DNA from: Mobula hypostoma | Taxonomy: Eukaryota | Assembly (NCBI RefSeq): GCF_963921235.1 | Contig: NC_086097.1 | Span: forward strand, 228,534,001-228,598,000 | DNA: 64,000 nucleotides | Direction: 5' to 3' | Part shown: piece after piece, positions 27,028 to 39,921 of the stretch | How positions within the stretch are numbered: position 1 is the first letter of the stretch | Layout: each line of letters opens with the position of its first letter | The notes under the pieces: model-generated | What the model was told of the DNA's origin: nothing | The model's input: the letters and a program-made list of their open reading frames with translations, nothing else | The model's database searches: none | Translations under genes and position numbers: made by a program

Positions 27028-28719
27028 ATGGGAGAATGGATCAGCTCATGATAAAATGGCGGAGCAGACTCGATGGGCCGAATGGCTGACTTCTGTTCCT
27101 TTGTCTTATGGTCTTATGGAGATCAGCAGTTTCTGAGATACTCAAACCACCCTGTCTGGCACCAACAACCTTTTCATGGTCAAAGTCACTTAGATCACAT
27201 TTCTTCACTAATCTGATGTTTGGTCTGAACAACTGAACCCCTTGTCTGCATGTTTTCATGCATTGAATTGCTGTCACCTGATTGGCTGATTATGTATTTG
27301 CATTAACAAGCAGGTGTACAGCTGTATCTAATAAAATGGCAACTGAGTGGACATGTGAGGTAAACACCTGCCTTTGTAGTTATTCACCTTTAGTGAAATA
27401 TCTTCTGACAATCTCTTTATCTTCTAGAGTTATCTGATGCAGTTATAATCAGCTTGACAATAGTTGTAAGCCATCATCTTCTGACACATCCCTGCTGCAG
27501 CTGAGCATGTTCAAGGATAAAAATAGGTTGAGAAAAAAAAGATGCAATTTGGGAAAATAACTGCCGGCACTTCAAAACTCTGCAGCCAGTGAAGGGAAAG
27601 TGACTGGGATGTTACACTGTGTCAGCAAAACTCTGTCCTGCACTCAGGCAGAGGCAATTAGGAAGAAAGAGGAAGTCAATAGCCTGTGAGGTAAAGAGAG
27701 ATATCAATAACTGAAGAAAGCACATTTACAAATTTCCAGTGCTCTAGCACCACCCCTGAATCAATATATGTTTGGGAGATCATGGCCAGGACCTCAGTAA
27801 TTTTCTCCTTTATTTCCCTTAGTAGCCGTGCATTTATTCCATCTCAAAGGTGATTTATTCTCTGAGTGTGGTTAGCCTTCCCAGTGCTACCTTTTTATAA
27901 GTTATTAACAAACTCAGAATCTCTGCTACATTTTCATTTGTCAAGAGTCCAGCTATTTCTTTTATTCCTTTATGAAGACCATTATGAAGTAGTCATTTAA
28001 TACCTCAGCCATGTTTTCTGCTTGATGTTTAGATTTCATATTTTGGTCTCTGGTCAACGCACCCTCCTTGCATACCCATAGAACATTTCTAAATATTTTA
28101 TAGAATAGTCTATTTTTGCCACCAACTTTCTCTGCCTTTGACTCTCTCCCTTCCTTCTATATTTCTCAGAATTTCATTTTGTTTTCAGCCTGGTTCTCAC
28201 TTGGGTAAAGAACCTGTCATATTCTCTTTCGTTCTCTCTGCTCTTCTTCTCTACTCTTTTCATCATCCATGTGGCTCGGCCTTTAACTTCCCTGACCTTC
28301 TCCCGGGGGGGGGGCAGGGGGAATGAACCTAGACTGTAATTGAAATAGCTTGATTTTAAATAGATATCAGTCCCACCTGCCTAACTTCAATACCAACATA
28401 CCCAGGCCAAATCACTTTTCATCACTAAATTCCCCAGCTGATCGTTTTACCTTGGAATGATTTACGACTGTTCTAACATGATGATGATATGATCACTGTT
28501 TTCTCAATGTTCCTCCTTTGATATTTGTTCCATTTGAAGGATGTTCCATTGAGATGAGCTCTTTTGTACTAATATGGAGACTCCTAGCAAATTGAATATT
28601 AAGGTCCCTCAATAAAATGTAAAACTGTAAAGTAGGGAGGGGTCAGTCAGTTTAACGAAGGGGAGGAAAAGCAATGTGATAAAGGAATGTAGCTCTCTGA
28701 ACAAAGTGATGTTCTACAG

Positions 28720-29805
28720 AGGCCTGGGTTGGGACCACTTCTTCTTCTTTCTACATCATATGTCAACGACTTGGATGATTGAATTCGTGGTTTTATGGCC
28801 AGGTTTGCAGACGATACAAAGATAGGTGGGCGGCAGGTAGTTTTGAGGAAGCGGAGAGGCTAAAGATTAGGAGAATGGGTAAAAAAGTGGCAGATGGAAT
28901 ACAGTGTGGAGAAGTGTATGGTCATCACTTTGGTAGAAGAGATAAAAGCATAGATATTTTCTAAATGGAGAGAAAATTCAAAAGTCTGAGGTGCAAAGGG
29001 ACTTGGGAGTCCATGTGCAGGATTCTGTAAAGGTTAATTTGCAGGATGAATTGGCGGTGAGGAAGGCGAATGCAATGATAGCATTCATTTCAAGAGGGCT
29101 AGAATATAAAAGCAAGGATGTAATGTTGAGGTTTATAACGCACTGGTGAGACCTCACTTGGAATATTGTGAGCTGTTTTGGGCCCCTTATCTTAGAAAGG
29201 ATGTCCTGAAACTGGAGAGGGTTCCGAAGAGGTTCATGATAATAATTCCAGGATTGAAAGGCTTGTCATATGAAGAGCATTTGAGGGTTCTGGAATTCAG
29301 AAGAGTGAGGGATGACCTCATTGAAGCCTATTGTATGTTGAAAGGCCTCTATCGAATGGATGTGGAGAGGATGTTTCCTCTGATAGGGGAGTCTAAAACC
29401 AGAGGATACAGCCTCAGATTAGAGGCGCATCCTTTTAAAATGTGGATGAGGAGGAATTTTTTTTAGCCAGAGAATGATGAATTTGTAGAATATGTTGCCA
29501 CAGGCAGCTGTGGAGGCCAAGTCAGTAGCTATATTTAAGGTAGAAATTGATAGATTCATGTAACACACACAATGCTGGAGGAGCTCAGCAGATCAGGCAG
29601 CTCTCTATGGAAAACAGTACAGTTAGCATTTCGGGCTACGGCCCTCGAGATGAAGGATCTCGGCCCGAAATGCTGACTGTACTCTGTTCCATGCATGGAT
29701 GCTTCATGACCTGCTGAGTTCCTCCAGCATTGTGTGTGCTACTTGGATTTCCAGCATCTGCAGATTTTCTCCTGCTTGTGATAGATTCTTTATTAGGCAT
29801 GATAT
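28720..29805 (+). mobile_element. Decayed CR1 3' fragment containing a PLE insert
   Basis: FADDTKIGG region and ORF 29146-29466. Confidence 0.85.
29560..29778. mobile_element. Palindromic Penelope-like mini-insertion
   Basis: Inverted arms; TSD tgatagattc 29548-29557 / 29779-29788; degenerate hammerhead gatgaaggatctcggcccgaaatgctgact. Confidence 0.85.
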
Positions 29806-30945
29806 GTTGGAGTCTTGATAATAAAGAATTAAACAAGGACAAGGACAACTGAGGAATAATCTCTCAGCAGATCAAGTAGAATCAATATGAATAAGAGATA
29901 AGAGCTGATAAGGTAAATAGTACACTGATGGGAGAAATTTATAGGCTTCTAAAAGTAGCTATTCTATTGGGTAGAATATTAATCAAGAAATAAATCAGCC
30001 TCTTACAAAGATAATGCAACAATCATGAGGAAATCAATCTTTATGTAGACTGCAGACATCAATTAGTATAAGGAATGTGAATGAAAAGTTAAAAAGTTGA
30101 ATTCAAAAAGTTTTCTTGAAAAATATATCATTTAGGAAATATGGCAGCAGGCTACTTTAGCAATTAATGAAACAAGATTTCTGTTATGGAAGAGTTAGCA
30201 AGACATGATAGAATTTTATATTATGTTGGAAATGTTACTTAAGTTAGGAAACTAGAAATCTTTGAAAATAAGAGCATAAGTAAGACATAGCGTTTCAAAC
30301 CTCCTCCACCATCCAGTATAACTTCTTCATCATGATTTATTTACTTTACTATTCTTTTCCTACTTTCTCCCAACTTCCTTGGCCACTTTACAAAGAAGAA
30401 ATGAGTATTTGCCTCCATCAACAACTGCTATACAAGAACATAGATATCTTGTTGCAACCCTTTTCCAATCACTTAGCATTTGACTAAATATTTTTTTTCT
30501 GGTTTTTGATTTGGTCTTCACCGTCAAGAATTCTACAGGTTCATCTAGGATGAAATAATTTCTTCTGAGCTCAGCTCTAAATGCTATTCCTTGCATAGGG
30601 AGGCCATTAATCTAATTCTCAAACAAATTTTGCATCAAGTCTCTCTGACCTTGTTAAAATGTTCTGTTCTTAAAGGATTAGCTTGTATTATTTTCTAAAC
30701 ACTTAAAAATATAGGCTTAACCAGTTCAATCTTTCCTCATATTTCAATCCTGCCATCCAAAAACTAGTCAAGTTAACCTTTGTTGTACCCCCTGCATCGC
30801 ATAGACATCTCTGCTCAGATACTGAGACCACAATTGCTCACCAAGGTCAAAACAACCTTGCGGCCATGCATAATTCCTCCCACAATGAAGATCAAAATAT
30901 CAAATGCTTGCTGCACTTGAAAGCTTGTGTTTTGCACACCTAATG

Positions 30946-31669
30946 GGTGTCATTATACACCAGTCATTGAAAGTGGGCATGCAGGTACAGCAGGCGGTGA
31001 AAAAGGCGAATGGTATGCTGGCATTTATAGCGAGAGGATTCGAGTACAGGAGCAGGGAGGTACTACTGCAGTTGTACAAGGCCTTGGTGAGACCACACCT
31101 GGAGTATTGTGTGCAGTTTTGGTCCCCTAATCTGAGGAAAGACATCCTTGCCATAGAGGGAGTACAAAGAAGGTTCACCAGATTGATTCCTGGGATGGCA
31201 GGACTTTCATATGAAGAAAGACTGGATGAATTGGGCTTGTACTCGTTGGAATTTAGAAGATTGAGGGAGGATCTGATTGAAACGTATAAGATCCTAAAGG
31301 GATTGGACAGGCTAGATGCAGGAAGATTGTTCCCGATGTTGGGGAAGTCCAGAACGAGGGGTCACAGTTTGAGGATAGAGGGGAAGCCTTTTAGGACCGA
31401 GATTAGGAAAAACTTCTTCACACAGAGAGTGGTGAATCTGTGGAATTCTCTGCCACAGGAAACTGTTGAGGCCAGTTCATTGGCTATGTTTTTACAGGGA
31501 GTTAGATATGGCCCTTGTGGCTATGGGGGTCAGGGGGTATGGAGGGAAGGCTGGGGCGGGGTTCTGAGTGGGATGATCAGCCATGATCATAATAAATGGC
31601 GGTGCAGGCTCGAAGGGCCGAATGGCCTACTCCTGCACCTATTTTCTATGTTTCTATGTTTCTATGTTT
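30946..31669 (+). mobile_element. Young 5'-truncated CR1 ((tttctatg)n tail)
   Basis: Accounts for the CR1 part of ORF 30904-31962; TSD ctaatg 30940-30945 / 31670-31675. Confidence 0.95.
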
Positions 31670-32296
31670 CTAATGTACAAAAACACTCGGGTCTCATTAC
31701 ACCCCCTCCTTTTCTAATCTCTCCTTATTCAGATTGCAAAGCCAATGACTTCACTTTTATCCATGTTACCTGCTGTGCACTATATCATAATGAAACCCCT
31801 CTCTGTCCTCCTCACAGCTCATGTTGCTGCCATCAGTTTTATGTTGCCTGCAAACTTGGAAATGTTACACTTTGTTCCCGCATCTTAGTCATGCACGTGA
31901 ATAACCAGGGCCTAAGTAATGATCCCTGCAGCGACCCCACCCGTCACTGTCCGATACCTTAAAAAAAGCCTCTTGTTTTCTACCTTCTGTTTCCACTTTG
32001 TCAGCTAATTCCAACTCCATGCTAGTATGTTCCCTCTAATCCTGTATTCTTTAACTTTGCATGTCCAGCTGTTATGTGCGATCTTATCCAATGCCTTCCA
32101 TAAGTCTAAATAAGTCATATTTGCTACTTCTTCCCTATCTATTCTCCATGTTACACCTAAAAAAAAACTTTCTAAACCCTTCCTAAACCCATACTGCCTT
32201 TTGATTGTCCCATTAATGCTTTCCAAAAGATCAGTTATCACATCTATAATGAAAGACCCAAGTGTTGAGACTAATTTTCAGAATTCCTTTTTCTTC

Positions 32297-32955
32297 GGGA
32301 GAAGATGGCGGCACGACGCAACTTGCAGCGGCCACTCTGATGGTGATGTCTGTTATTTGTCAAGTAGGGTGCTGGACGTGAGAGCACAGGGGAACATCTG
32401 GTGAAACTTCTGAAACGCCTGCTTCGCTGTTGCTGCTACCATGTGGTCCAGAATCTCCGGAGGGGAAGGCCCCGAGTCCTTGGTTTTGCTTGTTGCTCGG
32501 CAGCCGGGGCGGGGTCGAAGCGCTTAGCAGAGAATGGTGCTCAGAGAGGCTGAGTCGGAGGGGCTGGTCGGAGGCTCAAAGTTTTCGGACGGACTCAGAG
32601 TCCACTACGGTCGGGTGCTTCCAACGGTGCTGCATCGGCAAGTTGGCGGCGCTTGGAGGTTCATGGCAGGGAGAGTTCCTCCCTTCTGCCGCCTGTGTGG
32701 GATGATGAGTCTATCGGGACTTTGAGACTTTTTCTTACCGTGCCCATGGGCTGCTCTTTATCAAATTACAGTATTGTTTTGCACTGTTGTAACTATATCT
32801 TCTAATTACGTGGTTTTGCAGTTTTAGTCTTCGTTTGTCCTGTGTTTTCTTGTGATATCATTCTGCAGGAACGTTGTATCATTTTTTAATGCATGCATTT
32901 CTAAATGACAATAAACGAGGGCTGAGTGTCCTCATGATCTAATCTAATCTAATCT
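32297..32955 (+). mobile_element. Non-coding SINE-like/LINE-derived element with an (aatct)n tail
   Basis: Begins gggagaagatggcgg; CpG-rich; its 3' half recurs at 45920-46263. Confidence 0.7.
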
Positions 32956-33070
32956 TCACTCACCCTCCTTTTTTAAATAGTGGGGTTACCAGCCTCCAAA
33001 CTGTAGGAAGTGCCACAAAGTGTCCAGAGTTTTGGAAGAGAATCACCAATGCTTCCATTATTTTCAGGGA

Positions 33071-33332
33071 ACACAGACAAAATGCTGAATAAACTCAGCA
33101 GGCCAGGCAGCATATATGGAAGAAAAGTACAGTCGATACTTTGGCCAAGATCCTCTAGCAGGACTGGAAAAGAAAAGATGAGGAGTAGATTTTCTCCAGT
33201 CCTGCCAAAGGGCCTCGGCCTGAAACGTCGACTGTACTTTTTTCCATAGATGCTGCCTGGCCTGCTGAGTTCCTCCAGCATTTTGTGTGCGTTGTTTCAA
33301 CTTCCAGCATTGCAGACTTTCTCTTGTTTGAG
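33071..33332. mobile_element. Palindromic Penelope-like mini-insertion
   Basis: Inverted arms; TSD attattttcaggga 33057-33070 / attatttttcaggga 33333-33347; hammerhead-like 33197-33234 with mutated core ctgccaa. Confidence 0.85.
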
Positions 33333-33404
33333 ATTATTTTTCAGGGATTCGTTCTGGGGTGTTAAGTATCAGGGCCAGGGTTAGCCAGCCTTTAAGATTT
33401 CATT

Positions 33405-33925
33405 CCAATGATGAGGTCTTCCATTTAGATGCCTCAGAAATTACATCCTTCTTCTGAAATACAGCTTCCCTTCTGCCATAGTGGATAGAGCTTTTAACTG
33501 TTTTCCGCACTGATGCTCTCTGCCAGAACAGAAGAAAGATAAGGGCTCCCCTGGTATGTATATATTTCCATTCAACATATTACCTTTTGCTATTTCTGCA
33601 AGCTCCAACGTAATGCCACCGCCAGTCACGTCTTTCCCTCTGCATTTTGCATAGACTGGTCATTTCATGACTCCCTGGTCATCCTTCTATCCTCTCTCGC
33701 CACTCCAATTCCATGGCAACCTCCAATGCCACTGGAGGAGATGGACAACCGCCTGTTCACCTCTTCCCACCATCCAGAGGCCCAAACAATCATTCCAGAT
33801 GAAGGAACAACTCACTCTCTCTTCCTCCAATCTAGTGCACTGCATTCAATGTTACGATGCTGCCACTTCTACATTAGAGAAAGCAAATGTCGATTAGGTG
33901 AACGTTTTGCAGAACACCTGCAGGG
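33405..33925 (+). pseudogene. Penelope-like element ORF remnant (linker plus GIY-YIG endonuclease)
   Basis: SSSNLVHCIQC then (frameshift) RCCHFYIRESKCRLGERFAEHL, matching the PLE GIY-YIG pattern. Confidence 0.8.
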
Positions 33926-34324
33926 GTAATCCTGAGTACGCTCAGTTATGTCAAGATGGAGACCAACACAAGTGATCCGGGAATTAGGTGTCAAAGAGGA
34001 AATGAAGACCTTAGGCCTCAGACCAGACATATTATTTGCTTCATCTAAATTACTCATTTTCTTTAAACAACATATAGAGACACTCTGAAGGAAAAATTTC
34101 AAGTTAAATTTATGGTACCACTTTAACAGGATAATCAATAAAGATAACAGATCAGAAATTATTGCAACATCTTTATTGCTTTAGTGATCTTTCATCAGGA
34201 AAGATTTTTGTTTCCTTTCAAAACAACCTTCACATAATTGAACAATATTGAGCTTCTATATGAGAGCTGTATTTCATTTTATTTCACTTTGAATTTAACA
34301 GGGGACTTCTGTAACTTTTGATTA

Positions 34325-34608
34325 AAGAGATCAGCTTTATTTGTCACATGTACATCAAAACATACAGTGAAATTCATCTTTTGTGTCAACGGCCAACTCA
34401 GTGTGAGTGTTGAAATGCTTCCAATGCCAACGTAGCGTGCCCACATTTTACTACCTGTACGTCGTTGCGATGTGGAAGAAAACTAGAGCAGCTAGAGGAA
34501 ACCCACAAGGTCATTGGGAGATTGTACAAACTCCTTACAGACAGTGGCAGGAATTGAATCCATATCATTGGCACTGTAAAGCATTACGCTAACCACCACC
34601 ATGTCGCC
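34325..34608 (-). mobile_element. tRNA-derived SINE (HE1/V-SINE-like)
   Basis: gaggaaacccac..gtacaaactccttacagacag..ggaattgaatcc; partial copy at ~36640-36865. Confidence 0.7.
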
Positions 34609-37049
34609 AAACTTTCTAACAAATCTAACAAAACTATTGCTCACAATAATTTTATTATTTTGGTTATGCATTCAGCATTATCAGAGCTTACAATATACTC
34701 TAGCTGCAGCATCCAGCTTGTTGCCCAGTGCCAATCACTAAGTTTTGCACAGACCATTAGCCTTTTGGGTCTGCATTTGAGTTCTTAATTTGGCAAAGCA
34801 AACACGGATTTTCATGGGCAGGTTGTTCTACTCTTTATTGTATTTTAACTTCTTGTCTGTCAGATGTCGAATGTGGACACAAGGAACTTCAGGTAATGAC
34901 CTGTCAGATCTGTGATCATTGTCAGATCAGTACATACTTATTATGTAAAATACCAGACCTACCAAAGAAGTAATCTGTAATCTCAATAGACTCCGCCTGG
35001 CTCACCTCATTTAACTGGTTTGGACCAGTCAGTGTAAAGGCACAAATACACAAGGCTGGGGTGGGGGAGGGGGCGCAGAACCATGAAATAGTGTTGGTTG
35101 TACCCCTGTACAATGACCAGTAAGAAGGTGACCTGAGTAGGTCAGGTGACCTTGAGCCAATGGGATGGAGATCCACCAGTTCAATTGATGAGGAACTCAA
35201 TAAGAGTCAGAAGCCTCAAATACTTAGGAGTGATAACTCTCCAGCAGCCAGAGACCAACCATCACGGTTAAGGAGGATCTCATGGACATGTGGAGATTGG
35301 GACCAGGAGGAATGCCTGGCCAGCATAGACTCCTTTGCTAGGTAATACCTTTTCTTTTCATTAACTGCTCATGGAGGATCAGGGAGTTCTAGTAGGGTGC
35401 ACACAGGTAGTTAGTTTGTGAACCTTTGTGCCTTTTAGTTGAGACCATAAACGTTACTTGTTGGTAAATACAGATTTCCTGTGCCTCACTGGTCGTTATT
35501 ACATGGGGTGATTCTTGTAGCAATGTTAAGGTATTAATACAATACATTGAATTAATTAGCTTTGAACACCAGAAAGATATTATTGTCATATGAATATGCA
35601 ACTTGATTTCTAGAAGTCAAGATCAGCATCGGAGTCAGAAACAGCTTTATTATCATTGGCATGTGTCATGAAATTTGTTAACTTAGCAGCAGCAGTTCAA
35701 TGCAAAACATGATAATATAGAAATGTGAAAAATAAATAAATAAGTAAATCAATTACAGTAAGTATATCTATATATATTGAATAGATCAAAATAATGCAAA
35801 AACAGAAATTATATATATAATCTGAAATTGCTCACTCTCTCCACTTCTGATCCCTCTACGAAGATTGGTTCGTGTTTCCTCATCTTATCCTTCCTGAAGT
35901 CCACGATCAGCTCTTTCATCTTACTGAGTGCAAGGTTGTTGCTGTGACATCACTCGACTAGCTGGTATATCTCACTCCCGTACGCCCTCTCATCTCCATC
36001 TGAGATTCTCCCAACAATAATCGTAACATCAGCAAATTTATGGATGGTATTTAATATAATATTCAACTATAATATTGACATAAACTAGCAAAGCAGCCCA
36101 GATTCACAGAGAAAAATTATACTTTATTATCCATGAGCTGCTCAAGAGGATTATTATCATTTTTGGCATAGGAGAAAGCTGCTGACTGAAGGCAACACTA
36201 TCACTGAAATAAGACGATTTGGGTAGATTTCTTAAATGATTCCGTCATAAACCTGGCCCAAGTCTGCCTACCAACTGTTTGAGTTCCATGCCATTGGCCC
36301 CCAGTATATTATTCATCCACAGCTAGTAACTAGTAATGCGTGGAATTGGATCAGCCTGCCCTCAGCCCTTTGGTCCCTGGGCTATCATAAGGGAAAGTGT
36401 CCACTCCGGCTCAACATTTGCTTCAAGCACCAATTACAATTGTCAGCACTGTATATGCATTTGCCAGGTTACTTAAGAATATGTCTTCTCCTCAGCCAGT
36501 AGCTAGAGTCATTAAAACTGCAAATGGTGCACACAGGAGGAAGAGATTATGTCCAACCTTCCAACAACACCAGGTGTGATCAGGGGAGGCAGAATATGGG
36601 GAGTGAAGAATGAATGGCAAGAGAATTTAAGGATAATGAATAGATTTCTTTGACACGTGCACAGTACATTGAGACATTGAGTGGAATGCATTGTTTGCAT
36701 CAAACTGAATCAGTGAAAATATGAGGGAGCCGCCCGTACGTTTGCCACACTACTGACACCAACACAGGATGCCCACAACTCATTAACTCTAACCGTACAT
36801 CTTTGCATTATGGAAGGAAATCGGAGCACCCAGAGGAAACCCTCACGGTCACAGGGAGAACATACCAGCAGATGACATGCAGCTGTAGGAATATGAGAAT
36901 GGTGGAATTTCTGTGGAAAAAAGGGGAAAGAGAATGGAGGTTATCTAATGAAAATATTTATTACAGTATAAGAGTCACGATGGCTGTACTGCAATGCTTT
37001 TGTGAACTCGGGCTGGTGAAGTTATATTGCTTGTAATAAGGGACGTGTG

Positions 37050-37720
37050 AATCAGAATCAGGTTTATCATCGCTGACACAAGACATCATGAGATTTGCTG
37101 TTTTGTGGTGAGAGTACAGTGCAAGACATAAGTTACAGATAAGTAAAGAAGAGGAATAGTGAGGTAGTGTTCACGGATGTTTCAGAAATCTGTTGGCCGA
37201 GAGGAAGCAGCCATTCCTAAAATGTTGAGTGTGGGTCTTCACGGGCTCCTCCCTGAGGGTCCTTAGTGATGGATGCCATCTCCTCGAGGTAGCACCATTT
37301 TAAGATATCCTTGATGGTGGGGGCTTGTGCCCGTGGTAGAGCTAGCTGAAGCTAGATGAAGGGTCTCAGCCCGACGCGTTGACTGTTTATTCATTTCCAT
37401 AGATGTTGCCTGATCTGCTGAGTTCCTCCAGCATTTTGTATGTGTTTCCCTGGATTTCCAGCACCTGCAGAACCTCCTGTGTCTACAACCATCCGAAGCC
37501 TTTTATGATCCTTTGCATTGGAGGCTCCGTACAGATGGTGATGCATTCAGAATGCTCTGCAGAGTGCATCTGTAGCAATTACTCGAGTCTTTGGAGACAT
37601 ACCAAATCTCCTCAAACTCCTAATGAAGTACAACCACTGGTGTGCATTCTTTGTGATGGCATCAATATGTTGGGTCCAGGATAGATCCTCTCAGATGATT
37701 ATGCCCAGGAACTTGAGGCT
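37050..37720 (-). mobile_element. Rex1-like 3' fragment with a + strand PLE terminal piece (~37352-37484)
   Basis: aatcagaatcagg tail complement; gatgaagggtctcagcccgacgcgttgactg degenerate hammerhead. Confidence 0.65.
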
Positions 37721-37895
37721 GCAAGATGCTGGAACCTAGACCAAAACACAAACTACTGGATCAGCGGGTCAGGCAACATCTGTAGAGGGAAATGGGTGGT
37801 CAACATTTTAGGTTGAGACCCATCATCTGCTCTGGCTAACCGTCTATTTTCCTCCACAGTTTCCGCATGTCCTTTTGCATTCTTCCAGCAGTTTT
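37720..37895. mobile_element. Old PLE terminal fragment(s), partly inverted
   Basis: gatgctgga..caggcaacatctgtagaggg..caacattttaggttgagaccc followed by a decayed complement. Confidence 0.5.
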
Positions 37896-39921
37896 TTTTT
37901 TGCTGCCTGTGAGATGATATAGAAGCAGGGCAGTGACTGCTGAAAGCATATGGAAGTTTAGATGCTGTTTCCTGGTCATAACATTGAGGGCTGCTCCTGC
38001 TGTCAGGGAGTTGTGCCGGAAGCTCTGCCTAAGAAGAGTTACTGTAGTAGGGTCTTTGACAGCATTGACATTGATTTTCTTTCAGTGAAATTTCTGTTGA
38101 TGCAGATGTTTTGTGGCCAGGTTGATGGAGATAACGGAGCGAATTAGATGGTAATTAGTCATGCAGTCATCAATACCTGTCTGTGCGGTTTCTGCAGACT
38201 GGTGATTATTATTTTTGTTTTACATGTGAAAGACCCCTTGCCCAATTCTGGCCAGGAACATTGTTCTCCATTAGCTGTATATGATTGTAACGTACAATGT
38301 TTGTGTCAATGGTCCATGGATGTGCTGCGTTCTGTTTTCACCATCGTGGTTATTATACACTGCAGGCTCATTTACTGCGCGCTGTTTACTTTCACCTCTT
38401 TCACTTGCTTTGTTTCCATATCCTTCAACACACACGTTTTTCATATTCTTTTTTAACCTGCCTTTCTCCACTTTCTCTTTATTTTTGGCTTCTCACATTT
38501 TCAGCAGATTGGCACCTCTTTCATAATCACAGACATTGAAATGCAATTTTATTCACATTTAAATGTTTCAAAAAGGATGAAAGAAATCGTTTGGCCTGTT
38601 CTGTTCCTCTCACAACCCCCAACTATTGTCACAGTTTCATTTCAACGCACTTGCTTTCAGGAAAACAAGTCTGTGGCTTCAGGGTAATGGCTGTAAAGCA
38701 GCAGAATCCATCCTTCATCCAAGATTAAATGCCCTTGACCAATTGCCCCCCATTTAAAACGTCTGACAGTTCTGCAACAAACACAAGGCACTTAATCATC
38801 CTCCTCACGGTGCTGCAAATCTTTTAAGCACGGCCGTCAATCCTCTCACATGCCACACATTTGACACACTTCAAGATGTTTTCTGCTTTCCTGTGACTTT
38901 CATTGTTGAGTGATCATCAGAAGCACCTTCATAAGTCAAAAATGAAAACGTTGTTCTCGGAAGTTGTGTTTCAGTAGGCACTTTAATCAGTCCATTGCTG
39001 TATCCTCAGATTGTGATGTAATCCTGCTATTGACTTTGCTTCCCTTCACCTGTTCAGGACGTGAGATATTGGACGAGGGCCAGTGGAGCCATCTGTGCCT
39101 CTCTCCTGCTACACAGTGATGGTGGCTGCTTTGCAACGTGCTTAGTGATGTGGAAAAATCTACTGTGTGAACATAAAAGAAAGTAATATCATTATATTAC
39201 TTAATGCCTTGTCTGTGGATACTGGCAATGATAGGTACCATCAAACCATGAATGAGTAATAAACTGTAAGAAAGCATTATTAAGAACTGTCTTGTTTTCT
39301 ATTCTGGATGGTAATGGACAGAACAGATGAGCTAGGAGCAATAAACTGGCTGAAGATAATTATTTCTGGATCCCTGTCAGCCTTGTCCATCCTGTTGCCC
39401 TGCAGATGTCTGGAGAAATTATCTCCCTCAAACTATTCAGGGATGTCATTTTAAATTTCGTATGGAAATGGCAATATAGTCCTCACATGCACAATTCTTC
39501 ATTTTCATCTTCAAGACTGAACTGCCCTCCTCACTGCAGAAGGCTTTGTGCATCCTGCAATAGTGACAAGATATACTGGTGCTCAGATAATGTCCTAAAT
39601 CCAAGGCTTGTGAAGACTTGGACTACTGTTTGAGAATTGGGGTATAAGAAAGAATTTGAGAGGAAACCTTTTGCGCTCTGTGTATTTTGTTAACCTACTC
39701 AATAAAAGGAAGCAGAAGTTAACCTTTTCTATAGTTACAGTCTTCACACGTGTTATTATATAAGGATTCATAAGTTTAGCTGTTCAAGTATTACTGTAGC
39801 AGCTGAATCAGGATTCAGTATAGCAGAAGTTGGAGAACTAGCACAATAAAATAATTATGACAGCTGTCACGTTGGTCCAGAACACTAATGGATCCATTTG
39901 GAAAGGATAACACTCATCTAT

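Larger units (their letters stand above)
22658..27117 (+). mobile_element. Full-length CR1 LINE (4.46 kb), inactivated
   Basis: TSD ggagat 22652-22657 / 27118-27123; 5' UTR, ORF1, ORF2 and (tcttatgg)n tail all present. Confidence 0.95.
22431..27349 (-). mobile_element. Tc1/mariner non-autonomous remnant split by the full-length CR1
   Basis: TIRs cactcagtggctattttattaggta / tatctaataaaatggcaactgagtg; minus-strand KKCDLSDFD..VVGARQGGLSISETADL continues as LGFS*TTVSKVYRE across the insertion. Confidence 0.85.
30500..33400 (-). mobile_element. Old, highly decayed CR1 hosting three younger insertions
   Basis: ORF 32005-32241 (YLDLWKALDKIAH..IRGNILAW); interrupted at 30946, 32297 and 33071. Confidence 0.6.

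Noticed and set aside
30904..31962. 352-aa ORF
   Set aside because: CR1 C-terminus frameshifted into its own tail and flanking DNA; not a host gene
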